64,000 nucleotides of DNA, taken from NCBI GenBank assembly GCA_023134715.1, contig JAGLUP010000005.1, forward strand, positions 8,782-72,781, in the 5' to 3' direction. How positions within the stretch are numbered: the stretch's first letter is position 1; the number at the start of each line of letters is the position of its first letter. The DNA is from Candidatus Parcubacteria bacterium (GTDB taxonomy: Bacteria > Patescibacteriota > Minisyncoccia > Minisyncoccales > JAGLUP01). Made by a program: the position numbers and the translations under genes. Below are positions 16,345 through 24,707 of the stretch, piece by piece. Below the pieces are notes generated by a model. That model worked only from the letters and a program-made list of their open reading frames with translations. It was not told the origin of the DNA and ran no database searches.

Positions 16345-16596
16345 TCACTTAGTGAGTTTTTTCTTTGCCTTCATATTTTCAATTCTTATTCGTTCCTTAA
16401 TTGACTCCTCTCTTATTTCTCTCAATGGCTTAAGAATTAAAGTGGTCTTGTCTCTTATTTCTTCCAATCTTTTTATGTTCTCCTCGTTTTCTCCTGAATT
16501 TGTCTTAAAATCAAGATCTTTCAATAAAGATTTCTGGTCTTCAAAAGCGCCCTCAACAGTCCCTAATAATATTTCTGTTCTTGTTAAATTATCCAT
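16345..16596 (-). CDS. Hypothetical small coiled-coil protein
   Basis: An 83-aa ORF with no recognisable motif. The antisense ORF 16352..16654 is the alternative. Confidence 0.4.
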   Translation of the reverse strand: MDNLTRTEILLGTVEGAFEDQKSLLKDLDFKTNSGENEENIKRLEEIRDKTTLILKPLREIREESIKERIRIENMKAKKKLTK

Positions 16597-16631
16597 TTTA
16601 TCACCTCTTATTCTATTGGATTATTCGATTT

Positions 16632-17216
16632 TTAAAAAACTATTCTTATTCTAACCACATCTTCTTGATGAGAATAAGAAATTAAAACATCAAGTTTTTT
16701 ACCGTATGTTTCGTTAATTTTTTTAGCCAATCTTACGGCTAATTGATTTTCTGTAGTTAAAATTCGGATATCTTTTAAATTTTTAAATTCTTTTCTTGAG
16801 CTTGCTCCTCTTTTTCTTTCCGCGCTGGGACGAGAAACTTTTTTTTCTTTAATGGAAATAACTCTATCCATTGGGTCTTTTCCAGAAGCTCTTTTCCCAA
16901 AATTCTCAACTAAAATTCTAATGCTTTTTTTATAAATCTCCGGTACATTTTCTAAAATTATTTCTCCTTCATATTTTTTATCTTTAATCATCTGACAAGC
17001 CGGGCAGATAACAAATTTTATGTTTTCTTTTGATTTTTGATTTAAATTATGATGCCAGGATTTATGCCAATAAACTGCTTCGCATTTTTTGCAAACCATT
17101 ACATTAATTTTTCCAGAACCAAATTCTTGTTCCTCTTTTTTTGACTTTGGATAGCGAGGTTTAAATTTTCCTTTAATTTGGTCTTGTTGTTTTTTAAAAG
17201 GTTTATATTGCTTCAT
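16632..17216 (-). CDS. Zinc-ribbon protein, NMD3-like / BCAM0308-like family
   Basis: It has CKKCEAVYW...CPACQ (a 4-Cys ribbon) followed by the EGEIILENVP...IRILTTENQLAVRLAKKI pattern. Confidence 0.5.
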   Translation of the reverse strand: MKQYKPFKKQQDQIKGKFKPRYPKSKKEEQEFGSGKINVMVCKKCEAVYWHKSWHHNLNQKSKENIKFVICPACQMIKDKKYEGEIILENVPEIYKKSIRILVENFGKRASGKDPMDRVISIKEKKVSRPSAERKRGASSRKEFKNLKDIRILTTENQLAVRLAKKINETYGKKLDVLISYSHQEDVVRIRIVF

Positions 17217-18349
17217 AAAATTATAATTTGAGAAAGCGCTCCTAAAATAAAGATTCCTATTAAAAAGTATAGCACAATTGAAGGAACTTTTAAACTATAT
17301 TCTGGCTTTCTATCTCCCAAGATTTTTGCTTTTTTAAATATCAAAATAATTATTACTCCTTCAATCGCGCCAATCAATGTGCCGACAAATCCAATGACTT
17401 CAATAAACTGGCGAAAACCGGCCAGAAAAAGAACTATTGGCAGGCCGCAGGAAATAAAAACAGCCAAATTTTTAGAACGTTTGTGGTCATAAATCAAAGC
17501 ATTTTTTAAATAATTGCCTAAAATCAAAAAAGAAGCAGCAATAGAAATCACACCGAATAAAGCTCCTAAAATAATAATCTTTTCACCCAAGAAAGGAGTC
17601 AATCCCTGAAGAGCTTCTTGAGAAGTATTTGCGCCGCTTACTCCAATTATGAGCAAGGCAAAAACAAGATATAAAACAGTGGCAATTATTGCTGAATAAA
17701 TTATTATCCTCTTATAATCTCTTCCCTCTTGATGATTTTTTAAAATTTCCCTAATCTCGGGAATGGCTGCCCAGCCAGCTAAAGCAAACAAAATCACTCC
17801 GTAAGGTAAAAATATATGTTCTGGATTAAATAAAGTAAAATTTTGAAAATTAAATTTAGGAATGGCAAAACAAAAAATAATAAATATTATAGAAAAGAAA
17901 AGAATATTCATCAAAAATTCAGTTTTAGCAATTAGTTTTATGCCTCGAAAGATAAAAAAAGACAAAATTGCCCAAAAAATCAAACTAAAATAAAAAGAAG
18001 ACAGTCCTGAAAACGAAAATATAATTTTTAAAAAATCGCCGCTAATAATAAGATAAGCCAAAAGAGAGCCAGTTATTCCTAAAATTGTGGAAGCAGTAAC
18101 CAAAATTTCCTCTCTTCTTCCTAAATATTTCTGGGCATAGCCAATAAGCCGGTGCTTGTCTTTAGTCCGCAAAACAATCTCTGCAAAAAACAAATGAAGC
18201 AAAAGAATAGCTCCTCCTAAAATTAAAAAATAAAAAAGCCCGGGTATAAGCCCGCTTTTGAAAATAACATAAGGAATTGCAAAAATTCCCGCTCCCACTG
18301 TTGTTCCAACTAAAACAGCTAAAGCAAAAACAAAATTTCTACTAAACAT
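17213..18349 (-). CDS. Amino-acid permease-like polytopic membrane protein (about 11 TM)
   Basis: 378 aa, hydrophobic throughout, with an N-terminal GTTVGAGIFAIPY motif typical of amino-acid/aromatic permeases. Confidence 0.65.
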   Translation of the reverse strand: MFSRNFVFALAVLVGTTVGAGIFAIPYVIFKSGLIPGLFYFLILGGAILLLHLFFAEIVLRTKDKHRLIGYAQKYLGRREEILVTASTILGITGSLLAYLIISGDFLKIIFSFSGLSSFYFSLIFWAILSFFIFRGIKLIAKTEFLMNILFFSIIFIIFCFAIPKFNFQNFTLFNPEHIFLPYGVILFALAGWAAIPEIREILKNHQEGRDYKRIIIYSAIIATVLYLVFALLIIGVSGANTSQEALQGLTPFLGEKIIILGALFGVISIAASFLILGNYLKNALIYDHKRSKNLAVFISCGLPIVLFLAGFRQFIEVIGFVGTLIGAIEGVIIILIFKKAKILGDRKPEYSLKVPSIVLYFLIGIFILGALSQIIIL

Positions 18350-18359
18350 AACAATAATG

Positions 18360-18794
18360 CTATTTTTTAAAAATTTTCTTCTCTAATAAGCCAAAACCAG
18401 TCAATACTCCGAAAGCCAAAAGGGCCGTAAAAATAGCCAAGAAATAAAGATTAGCTCCAACTGCTATTCCAATAGCAGCTACTACCCATAAACCAGCCGC
18501 TGTAGTTAATCCTTCAATAGAACGTCCTTCTCGGAAAATCACTCCTGCTCCAAGAAATCCGATTCCTATGCCAACTGCTTGAATTACCCGAGAAAGATCA
18601 AAACTGCTTCCCAATCTTCCGGCAAAAGAATTAAATAATTCAAAAGCAATAATAGTAAAAAGACAAGAGCCTAAAGCAACCAAGCTATATGTCTGAAGAC
18701 CGGCCTCTTTTTTTTTATATTCTCTTTCAAATCCAATGAATCCTCCTAAGAGCACAGCTAAAATAAGCTGAAAAATAAACTGAAGTTCATCCAT
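18360..18794 (-). CDS. MgtC/SapB family membrane protein
   Basis: It has LLGGFIGFEREYKKKEAGLQTYSLVALGSCLF. Confidence 0.85.
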   Translation of the reverse strand: MDELQFIFQLILAVLLGGFIGFEREYKKKEAGLQTYSLVALGSCLFTIIAFELFNSFAGRLGSSFDLSRVIQAVGIGIGFLGAGVIFREGRSIEGLTTAAGLWVVAAIGIAVGANLYFLAIFTALLAFGVLTGFGLLEKKIFKK

Positions 18795-18796
18795 AT

Positions 18797-19057
18797 TTAT
18801 ATTTTATAAACCTTATATCCTTCTCGAACTTTTTCTTTCACTTTAAGCCCAACTGAATCGCCTTTTTTTGCTTTGTCAATTTTCTTATGTTCTGTTTCCA
18901 TTGACTTTACTTTCTGCTCAAAATCAGTGTCCTCGCCTCCAACGATACGAATAGTATCTCCCACTTTCAAACCAGCAGTAAGCTCAATAACAGCTACCTC
19001 AATATGGCCAAAATAATGAGTAATTTTTCCAATTAATTTTCCTTGTTCATCAGCCAT
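18797..19057 (-). CDS. Small EF-Tu domain-2-like (translation elongation factor-like) beta-barrel protein
   Basis: 86 aa with IGKITHYFGHIEVAVIELTAGLKVGDTIRI...KGDSVGLKV. Confidence 0.6.
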   Translation of the reverse strand: MADEQGKLIGKITHYFGHIEVAVIELTAGLKVGDTIRIVGGEDTDFEQKVKSMETEHKKIDKAKKGDSVGLKVKEKVREGYKVYKI

Positions 19058-19109
19058 AAGTTATAATGATATTATTATTGTTAAATCTTTCGACCTTTTT
19101 CTTATTTTA

Positions 19110-20501
19110 TTACGAAAGCTGGTCTGAAATCCCCATTATTGAAAAAATAAAATTAGAAGAAACATTTCTGCCAATTTTGTAAAATCCTTGTTCTCCAGAG
19201 GCAGTAATTCCAAATATGGGAATATCTTGACCCAAGGTTTTCTTTATCGCTTCTGCTTCCTTCAAATATTGAGTTCCTAAAACATAATATCTGGCTCCGC
19301 AGGAAAAAAAGAAAGCAAAATGAAACTTTTTTTCTTCAATATCTTTAAGTATTTTTTTTGTCGCGGTTTGTGTAGCTTTTTGAGTTGTTTCTTTTGTAAG
19401 CTTTGCCAGATTAAGGCCCATTCCCGTCTTTATTGTTTGTCCAACTATAACTTTTTTATCTTTAACTCCTAAAACTACCAATGGCCAATAAAAATCAGTA
19501 TCTGTATCAGAAAATGACAAAGTCCAGCCCTTCATCCATGTTTTAAAACCAAACTTCTCAAATTCTTCTTTGCTTATATCGGTATATTTTTTAAATAATT
19601 CAGACAAAACATCAAAAGCAGGTTTTTTATTTATTTCCTCAATTGTCCAGTTTTCTCCTTTAGTAATTATTCCTATTGGCTCTATATTTTCTATTCCAGT
19701 GTCTACTCCATAACCAATTTTCAAATCTGAATCAAATACAATAGAAATTACTGCGTTTTGCTCAACTTTATTATTGAAAAATACAAAGGGTTTTTCTACT
19801 ATTCCCGGTCCCTTCCCTTGTCCCGCTAACCCTCCACCTATTATCTTTGTCATCTTTTTTGTATATAAATCAATGCCTTCTAAAATTTGGGCATGATGAA
19901 ATCCTCTTTGTTCTGAAACATCCCAATCACCGGAAGTTAATAATAATGTATCTAAATACCTTATGTTCTCAAACCCTTTTTCACTTCTTTTAAGTAAAGA
20001 CATATAAGCTAAGGAAGGATTCCATTCTAATTCATCTAAAGCCATTTTAATTGAATCAAAGCCTGCTTTTTTCGGGTCTTTATCAGTGTTTAATCCTATT
20101 CCTGTTCCTATTTTTATCAAAGGACTCTCAAGGGCTAAAACACATACTCCATTGAATTTTAATGACTTTATGATTTTAGATAAGGGTTTTAACAAAACGC
20201 CTGTAGTTTTACTGGCCAGTTCTATATTAAAATAATATTTACCTTTGGCGAAAAAACCGACTACTGTTCCTCCGACTAAAGGAGTGTCTTTATCTGGAAA
20301 AACTTCTCTTATTACTGCTAATGCTTGCTCATGGTTATTTTTCTCTGGATAACGAACTACATAAGAAAGCTCAACAAAAAACATTAAAAGCTTTGGCTTT
20401 TTACTGCCAATCTCCTGCTTAGCTTTTCCAGCGGCTTCCTTGGCTGCTTCTATTAAATTGTCTTTTTGGGATATGCCAATCCCAATATTTACTGCCGCCA
20501 T
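19110..20501 (-). CDS. FIST-domain (FIST_N + FIST_C) sensory protein
   Basis: The C-terminal segment FFFSCGARYYVLG...IPIFGITASGEQG resembles FIST_C, and the N-terminal segment KPKLLMFFV...PLVGGTVVG resembles FIST_N. Confidence 0.55.
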   Translation of the reverse strand: MAAVNIGIGISQKDNLIEAAKEAAGKAKQEIGSKKPKLLMFFVELSYVVRYPEKNNHEQALAVIREVFPDKDTPLVGGTVVGFFAKGKYYFNIELASKTTGVLLKPLSKIIKSLKFNGVCVLALESPLIKIGTGIGLNTDKDPKKAGFDSIKMALDELEWNPSLAYMSLLKRSEKGFENIRYLDTLLLTSGDWDVSEQRGFHHAQILEGIDLYTKKMTKIIGGGLAGQGKGPGIVEKPFVFFNNKVEQNAVISIVFDSDLKIGYGVDTGIENIEPIGIITKGENWTIEEINKKPAFDVLSELFKKYTDISKEEFEKFGFKTWMKGWTLSFSDTDTDFYWPLVVLGVKDKKVIVGQTIKTGMGLNLAKLTKETTQKATQTATKKILKDIEEKKFHFAFFFSCGARYYVLGTQYLKEAEAIKKTLGQDIPIFGITASGEQGFYKIGRNVSSNFIFSIMGISDQLS

Positions 20502-20522
20502 AATTTAAATTTATCTTTTTTA

Positions 20523-21125
20523 TTATACCAAATTTATAACAGATTTGACATATGAATGCGTGTGGTCTTGAGGAAATATTTCCCGCGCTTTTTTAATGCC
20601 ATATTTTTTTTGAACTATTTCTCTTAATTCAAATTCATATTCCGCGCCGATAAAAGAATCGCTGGCAGTATATTCTTTAATTAGAAAATATTTTTTTACC
20701 AAAAGATTAACTGTTTTTCTACTATAACCCATCAATGGCTGGAGATAATGAATATCAAATTTATCTTCAAGCTGCATAATCTCTGCTGAAGAAAGAACCG
20801 GGACTCTATCATTTCTTCTAACACCATCAGCAATTATTTTCTTTTTTTTACCAACTTCTTCCAATGCTTTTAAATGAATATATTTTATTCCGTTATTAGG
20901 AAAGCCGTCCTCAAATGTCTGCTCTGCGGCTCGTTCAAGAATTTTTTTGTCTAAATTAAAAACTTCAAAAGCAAACTTTAATTTTTGAGCCGCTTTTTCG
21001 GCTTCTTTCCAATTTGAGAGCGTTCCGAAACTACAAGTAATTAATTTCACATCAAAAAACTTTGACAGCATAATCGCGGCTAAAGCAGAATCTTTGCCGC
21101 CGCTAAAAAGAATAGAAACTTTCAT
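20523..21125 (-). CDS. PP-loop ATP pyrophosphatase, MJ0570/Dph6 (ATP_bind_4)-like
   Basis: It has MKVSILFSGGKDSALAA (an SGGKDS PP-loop) and a C-terminal IGAEYEFE resembling GEGGE[FY]ET. The subfamily is uncertain. Confidence 0.6.
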   Translation of the reverse strand: MKVSILFSGGKDSALAAIMLSKFFDVKLITCSFGTLSNWKEAEKAAQKLKFAFEVFNLDKKILERAAEQTFEDGFPNNGIKYIHLKALEEVGKKKKIIADGVRRNDRVPVLSSAEIMQLEDKFDIHYLQPLMGYSRKTVNLLVKKYFLIKEYTASDSFIGAEYEFELREIVQKKYGIKKAREIFPQDHTHSYVKSVINLV

Positions 21126-21149
21126 AAAATTAAGTTATAGTGATTATAT

Positions 21150-22703
21150 ATGAGCCCGAGTGAAACAATAATCAAACAACTAATTAAAAACAGAATTAAA
21201 ACTCCTGACGGCTTGTCTTTGATTAAAAGAAAAATAGCAAAAAAATATAATACTTCTCTTGCTTCAAATATAGCTCTACTTAAAGCATATCATAAATTAT
21301 TAAACAAAAAAAGAATTAAAAAAAGCAAAATTTTGGAAAAACTTCTTCAAAAACATCCTATTAGAAGCTTGTCTGGAGTGGTGGTGGTTTCTGTTTTAAC
21401 AAAGCCATATCCCTGCCCTGGCAAGTGTATTTTTTGCCCCTCTGAAAAAGGAATCCCTAAGAGCTATTTATCAGGCGAGCCGGCAGTAGAAAGAGCAAAA
21501 ATGTTAAACTTTGACCCTTATGTTCAAGTTCAAAAACGTTTGGAAATGCTAAAAGACCAAGGGCATCCCACTGATAAAGTTGAACTTCGAATAATAGGAG
21601 CAACTTTTACTTATTACCCTAAACAATACCAATCCTGGTTTATTAAAAAATGTTTTGATGGTGCTAATCAAAAAAAATCTAAAAATCTTGAACAAGCTCA
21701 AAAGAAAAATGAAAAAGCAAAAAATAGAATAGTGGGGATGAGCATAGAAACAAGGCCTGACCTTATCACGAAAAAAGAAATTTTAAATCTAAGGAAATTA
21801 GGAATAACAATGGTAGAGCTCGGAGCGCAGACTGTATTTGATGACATCTTAAAGAAAAACAAAAGAGGTCATTCAGTTAAAGAGACCATAAATGCTACAA
21901 AACTTTTAAAAGACGCGGGATTTAAGATTATGTATCAGATGATGCCTAATTTACTTGGCTCTAATCTAAAAAAGGATTTGGAATGCTTTAAAATAATTTT
22001 TAACAATCCTGTTTTCAAACCTGACTGGCTTAAAATTTATCCTTGTATGGTCTGCCGAAGCTCAAAACTTTATCAAATCTGGAAGCAGGGAAAATTCAAA
22101 CCTTATTCCGACAAACAATTAATTGAACTTTTAATTAAAATTAAAAAAATCCTGCCTTATTGGGTAAGAGTGGGACGGCTCTTTCGCGATATTCCTTCGC
22201 AAAAAATTGAAGCTGGTTCTAAAATCTCCAATCTCAGACAAGTAGTCCAAAAACAAATGGCAGAAAAAAATATTTTTTGCAAATGTATAAGATGCAGAGA
22301 GGTAAGAGAAAAATATGACTCAAAAGAAAAAATTTATCTTTTTAGAGAAGATTACAATGCTTCAAGCGGAAAAGAAATATTTTTAAGCTTTGAGAATAAA
22401 AACAGGACAAAACTTTTTGGTTTTCTCCGCCTCCGCCTCCCAATTGAAACAAAGGAGACCCGACCTCCTTCATCTATTATTAGAGAACTTCATATTTTTG
22501 GACGAGCTGTCCCTGTTTCAGAAAAAAAATCAAGCCCCCAGCATAGGGGATTAGGCAAAAAATTAATAAAACAAGCGGAAAAAATTACCAAAAAAGAATT
22601 CAATGTCTCTAAAATCGCTATTATCTCCGGAATCGGAGTCCGCGGATACTACCGCAAACTCGGCTATCGCCTAAAAAACACTTATATGATAAAAAAACTA
22701 TAA
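21150..22703 (+). CDS. elp3: Elp3-type radical SAM / GNAT tRNA uridine(34) carboxymethyl-modification enzyme
   Basis: 517 aa. It has the Cys cluster PYPCPGKCIFCP, a radical-SAM core, IRELHIFG, and the C-terminal GNAT motif HRGLGKKLI. Confidence 0.8.
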   Translation: MSPSETIIKQLIKNRIKTPDGLSLIKRKIAKKYNTSLASNIALLKAYHKLLNKKRIKKSKILEKLLQKHPIRSLSGVVVVSVLTKPYPCPGKCIFCPSEKGIPKSYLSGEPAVERAKMLNFDPYVQVQKRLEMLKDQGHPTDKVELRIIGATFTYYPKQYQSWFIKKCFDGANQKKSKNLEQAQKKNEKAKNRIVGMSIETRPDLITKKEILNLRKLGITMVELGAQTVFDDILKKNKRGHSVKETINATKLLKDAGFKIMYQMMPNLLGSNLKKDLECFKIIFNNPVFKPDWLKIYPCMVCRSSKLYQIWKQGKFKPYSDKQLIELLIKIKKILPYWVRVGRLFRDIPSQKIEAGSKISNLRQVVQKQMAEKNIFCKCIRCREVREKYDSKEKIYLFREDYNASSGKEIFLSFENKNRTKLFGFLRLRLPIETKETRPPSSIIRELHIFGRAVPVSEKKSSPQHRGLGKKLIKQAEKITKKEFNVSKIAIISGIGVRGYYRKLGYRLKNTYMIKKL

Positions 22704-22707
22704 AAAA

Positions 22708-22730
22708 AGAAGGAGTTTTTTACTCCTTCT
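22708..22730. terminator. Hairpin terminator at the convergent elp3/nudix junction (overlaps the nudix stop)
   Basis: The 9-bp stem agaaggagt-ttttt-actccttct is followed by a T-run on the minus strand. Confidence 0.55.
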
Positions 22731-23259
22731 GTTGCTCAAACACTTTTTCCAAGGCTCTTAGTTGATCTGGAAACATCACTATTTCTTCATCTGGATTAAA
22801 TCCTGTCTCTTTAACTTCTGCTTTTGTCTTAATCTTGCTCATGTCTTCAGCTCCAATAATTATTATCTTATCATGCTCTTCTGAAAGCTCGATCAAGTCA
22901 ACTTGCTTTTTTTGTATCTCTAGCATTCGGCAACAAGCGTCTACCTCTGCGTGTTTTCCATCAATGTCGTTATATTCATAACATTCCTCATGTATCTCCT
23001 TAGAATTATAAACATTCACTGTTTGAACAAACTTATCTCCTAATTCTTCTCTTGTTTCTCTTTCAAGACAGCCAAACACATTTTCTCTATCTTCTATTAT
23101 TCCGTTAGCCGAGCATTGATATACTCCAGGAAATGTCTGCTTGCCATTATTGGCTCTTCGCGTCAAAACAACCTTCTTTTTTTCTTTCCCGTCTGCTATT
23201 GTCACATAATAATAGAATATTCCTGCGCTTCTTTTATTTAATCCTTTCAATCTTATCAC
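22720..23259 (-). CDS. NUDIX hydrolase
   Basis: The Nudix box GIIEDRENVFGCLERETREELGD fits GX5EX7REUXEEXGU. Confidence 0.75.
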   Translation of the reverse strand: MIRLKGLNKRSAGIFYYYVTIADGKEKKKVVLTRRANNGKQTFPGVYQCSANGIIEDRENVFGCLERETREELGDKFVQTVNVYNSKEIHEECYEYNDIDGKHAEVDACCRMLEIQKKQVDLIELSEEHDKIIIIGAEDMSKIKTKAEVKETGFNPDEEIVMFPDQLRALEKVFEQQKE

Positions 23260-23322
23260 CCCATTTTTAATTTTAAAAGATATTTTATCTTAACACTTAA
23301 AATAAATCTGTCAAATTTTTCA

Positions 23323-23354
23323 ATAACAAACTAGGCCGATCGTCCTGATTTGTT
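23323..23354. promoter_or_regulatory. Dyad-symmetric motif ATAACAAA-N4-GCCGATCG-N6-TTTGTT (copy B)
   Basis: It has the same blocks and spacing as 4810-4841 and lies 64-95 bp upstream of the nudix start. Confidence 0.4.
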
Positions 23355-23437
23355 GTGGTTAAAAATTGACAAAAAGAATAGAGTTTTTCTTCCCAGAAAA
23401 ATTAAAGGAATAGAACCCTTTTTTATTTTTGAAAAAT

Positions 23438-24289
23438 CTAAAAAAGTAATGTTATTAAAAATCCGATTATTGAGAATAAAGCGATTGGAGGCAAAGCAGG
23501 AATTGGTTTACGGATTTTTTGGTTAATAAAAAAATAGAAACTTGCAAAAAGGCCAATCAAAGCAAAAACAGCGACAATTAAAGAATTCAAAATTCCTTGT
23601 GAAAGCAAAGAAACAGCCAGTAGAAGAGGAAAGACAACATCTCCGCCGCCTAAAATTAAAAATCTCCCACCCGTCTTAATTTCTTTTAATGATTCCTTAA
23701 AGCCAGAAATTTCCTGCGGAACAACAAATCCTAAAATTGCTTGATGCGCGAGCATTTCTTTTGCCATTTTTACCATATGCTTGGTTTTATAAACAGCGAT
23801 AAAATCATAAACAGAAAGAATTATTAAAAGAGAGACTACTAACCAAGGACTCATTCTTAACCCTAAATTAGCGCCGGCCCCGGCTAATCCTAAAATTACA
23901 ATAAAATTATGCGAAAGAACTGAAGGTTTTTTCAACCATGTAAAAATTAAAATCCATATTAAAATCAAGGCAAAAATATTTGGCATTAATAAACTTAAAG
24001 AAATAAATCCTCCTCCAAAAACAGCTAAAACAAAAATAAGTTTAAATATTGCTCCTTTTCTTTTTCTAAATTTTGCAAAAAAACAAATGGCTAAAATAAA
24101 AAATGTGCCGAAAAGAAAATAAAAAAGAAATTGAGAAAAAGAAATTTGCGACAAAAAAATCTTTTGAACCTCTAATAATCTGTTTAATTTTAAGGCAGTA
24201 ATAATTCCCAAACCTAAACACAAAGAAAACAAAACCGCCTCCCAAAAGAAAACCCTCCACGGATGTGCAATTAATTTTTCTTTTATCAT
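23438..24289 (-). CDS. Presenilin/signal-peptide-peptidase-type (A22) intramembrane aspartyl protease homolog
   Basis: It is polytopic, with the YD motif (SVYDFIAVY), the GxGD motif (LGGGDVVFP) and a PAL motif (IPALPP). Confidence 0.75.
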   Translation of the reverse strand: MIKEKLIAHPWRVFFWEAVLFSLCLGLGIITALKLNRLLEVQKIFLSQISFSQFLFYFLFGTFFILAICFFAKFRKRKGAIFKLIFVLAVFGGGFISLSLLMPNIFALILIWILIFTWLKKPSVLSHNFIVILGLAGAGANLGLRMSPWLVVSLLIILSVYDFIAVYKTKHMVKMAKEMLAHQAILGFVVPQEISGFKESLKEIKTGGRFLILGGGDVVFPLLLAVSLLSQGILNSLIVAVFALIGLFASFYFFINQKIRKPIPALPPIALFSIIGFLITLLF

Positions 24290-24399
24290 TTTTTCTTTTT
24301 TTGAAATTTATCTCTTAAAACCAATTTATACTTAATGGTGCTAGGCGTCCTATAGGCCGTCTTTCCCTTTTTCGCTTTTTTAGACGAATACTTTTTCAT
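24286..24399 (-). CDS. Uncalled small basic protein (37 aa), ATGA-coupled to the protease gene
   Basis: Translation is MKKYSSKKAKKGKTAYRTPSTIKYKLVLRDKFQKKKK. Its stop overlaps the start at 24289. It is below the ORF-track size cutoff. Confidence 0.35.
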   Translation of the reverse strand: MKKYSSKKAKKGKTAYRTPSTIKYKLVLRDKFQKKKK

Positions 24400-24506
24400 A
24401 AATTTATTCTATTCTATCAAAAAACTGATAATAAAAAAATAGGCGACAGCAGGTCGTTTATAGTAATTTTTAAAATTATCCTATTTCATCCACGGCCGTA
24501 AACGAT

Positions 24507-24653
24507 TTAGGATAAATTCTTTGAAAATTTTTTGTAAAGTTCATTAATCTGTTTTTTCTGTTCCTCTAAATCAAAAATTTCTCGGCGAATCCGAGATTTT
24601 TCTTTGCGAATAAATTTGCGCAAACCTTTAGAAAATTTCTTTTTCTTTTTCAT
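24507..24653 (-). CDS. Uncalled small basic protein (48 aa)
   Basis: Translation is MKKKKKFSKGLRKFIRKEKSRIRREIFDLEEQKKQINELYKKFSKNLS. It is below the ORF-track size cutoff. Confidence 0.35.
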   Translation of the reverse strand: MKKKKKFSKGLRKFIRKEKSRIRREIFDLEEQKKQINELYKKFSKNLS

Positions 24654-24671
24654 ATTTTACCTTTTACAAAT

Positions 24672-24707
24672 ATAACACATATACAACGATCGTTGTATAT
24701 GTGTTAT
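24672..24707. repeat. Perfect 36-bp palindrome overlapping the Mur-ligase stop codon
   Basis: ataacacatatacaacga|tcgttgtatatgtgttat is centred on CGATCG. Confidence 0.85.

Noticed and set aside
22447-22464. An inserted element disrupting elp3 (18-mer aggagacccgacctcctt shared with hairpin B)
   Set aside because: Only one arm is present, the ORF is intact, and the local protein segment (LRLPIETKETRPPSSIIRELHIFG) has a plausible length for Elp3. I note it as a repeat-family match but do not call it a disruption or mobile-element insertion.
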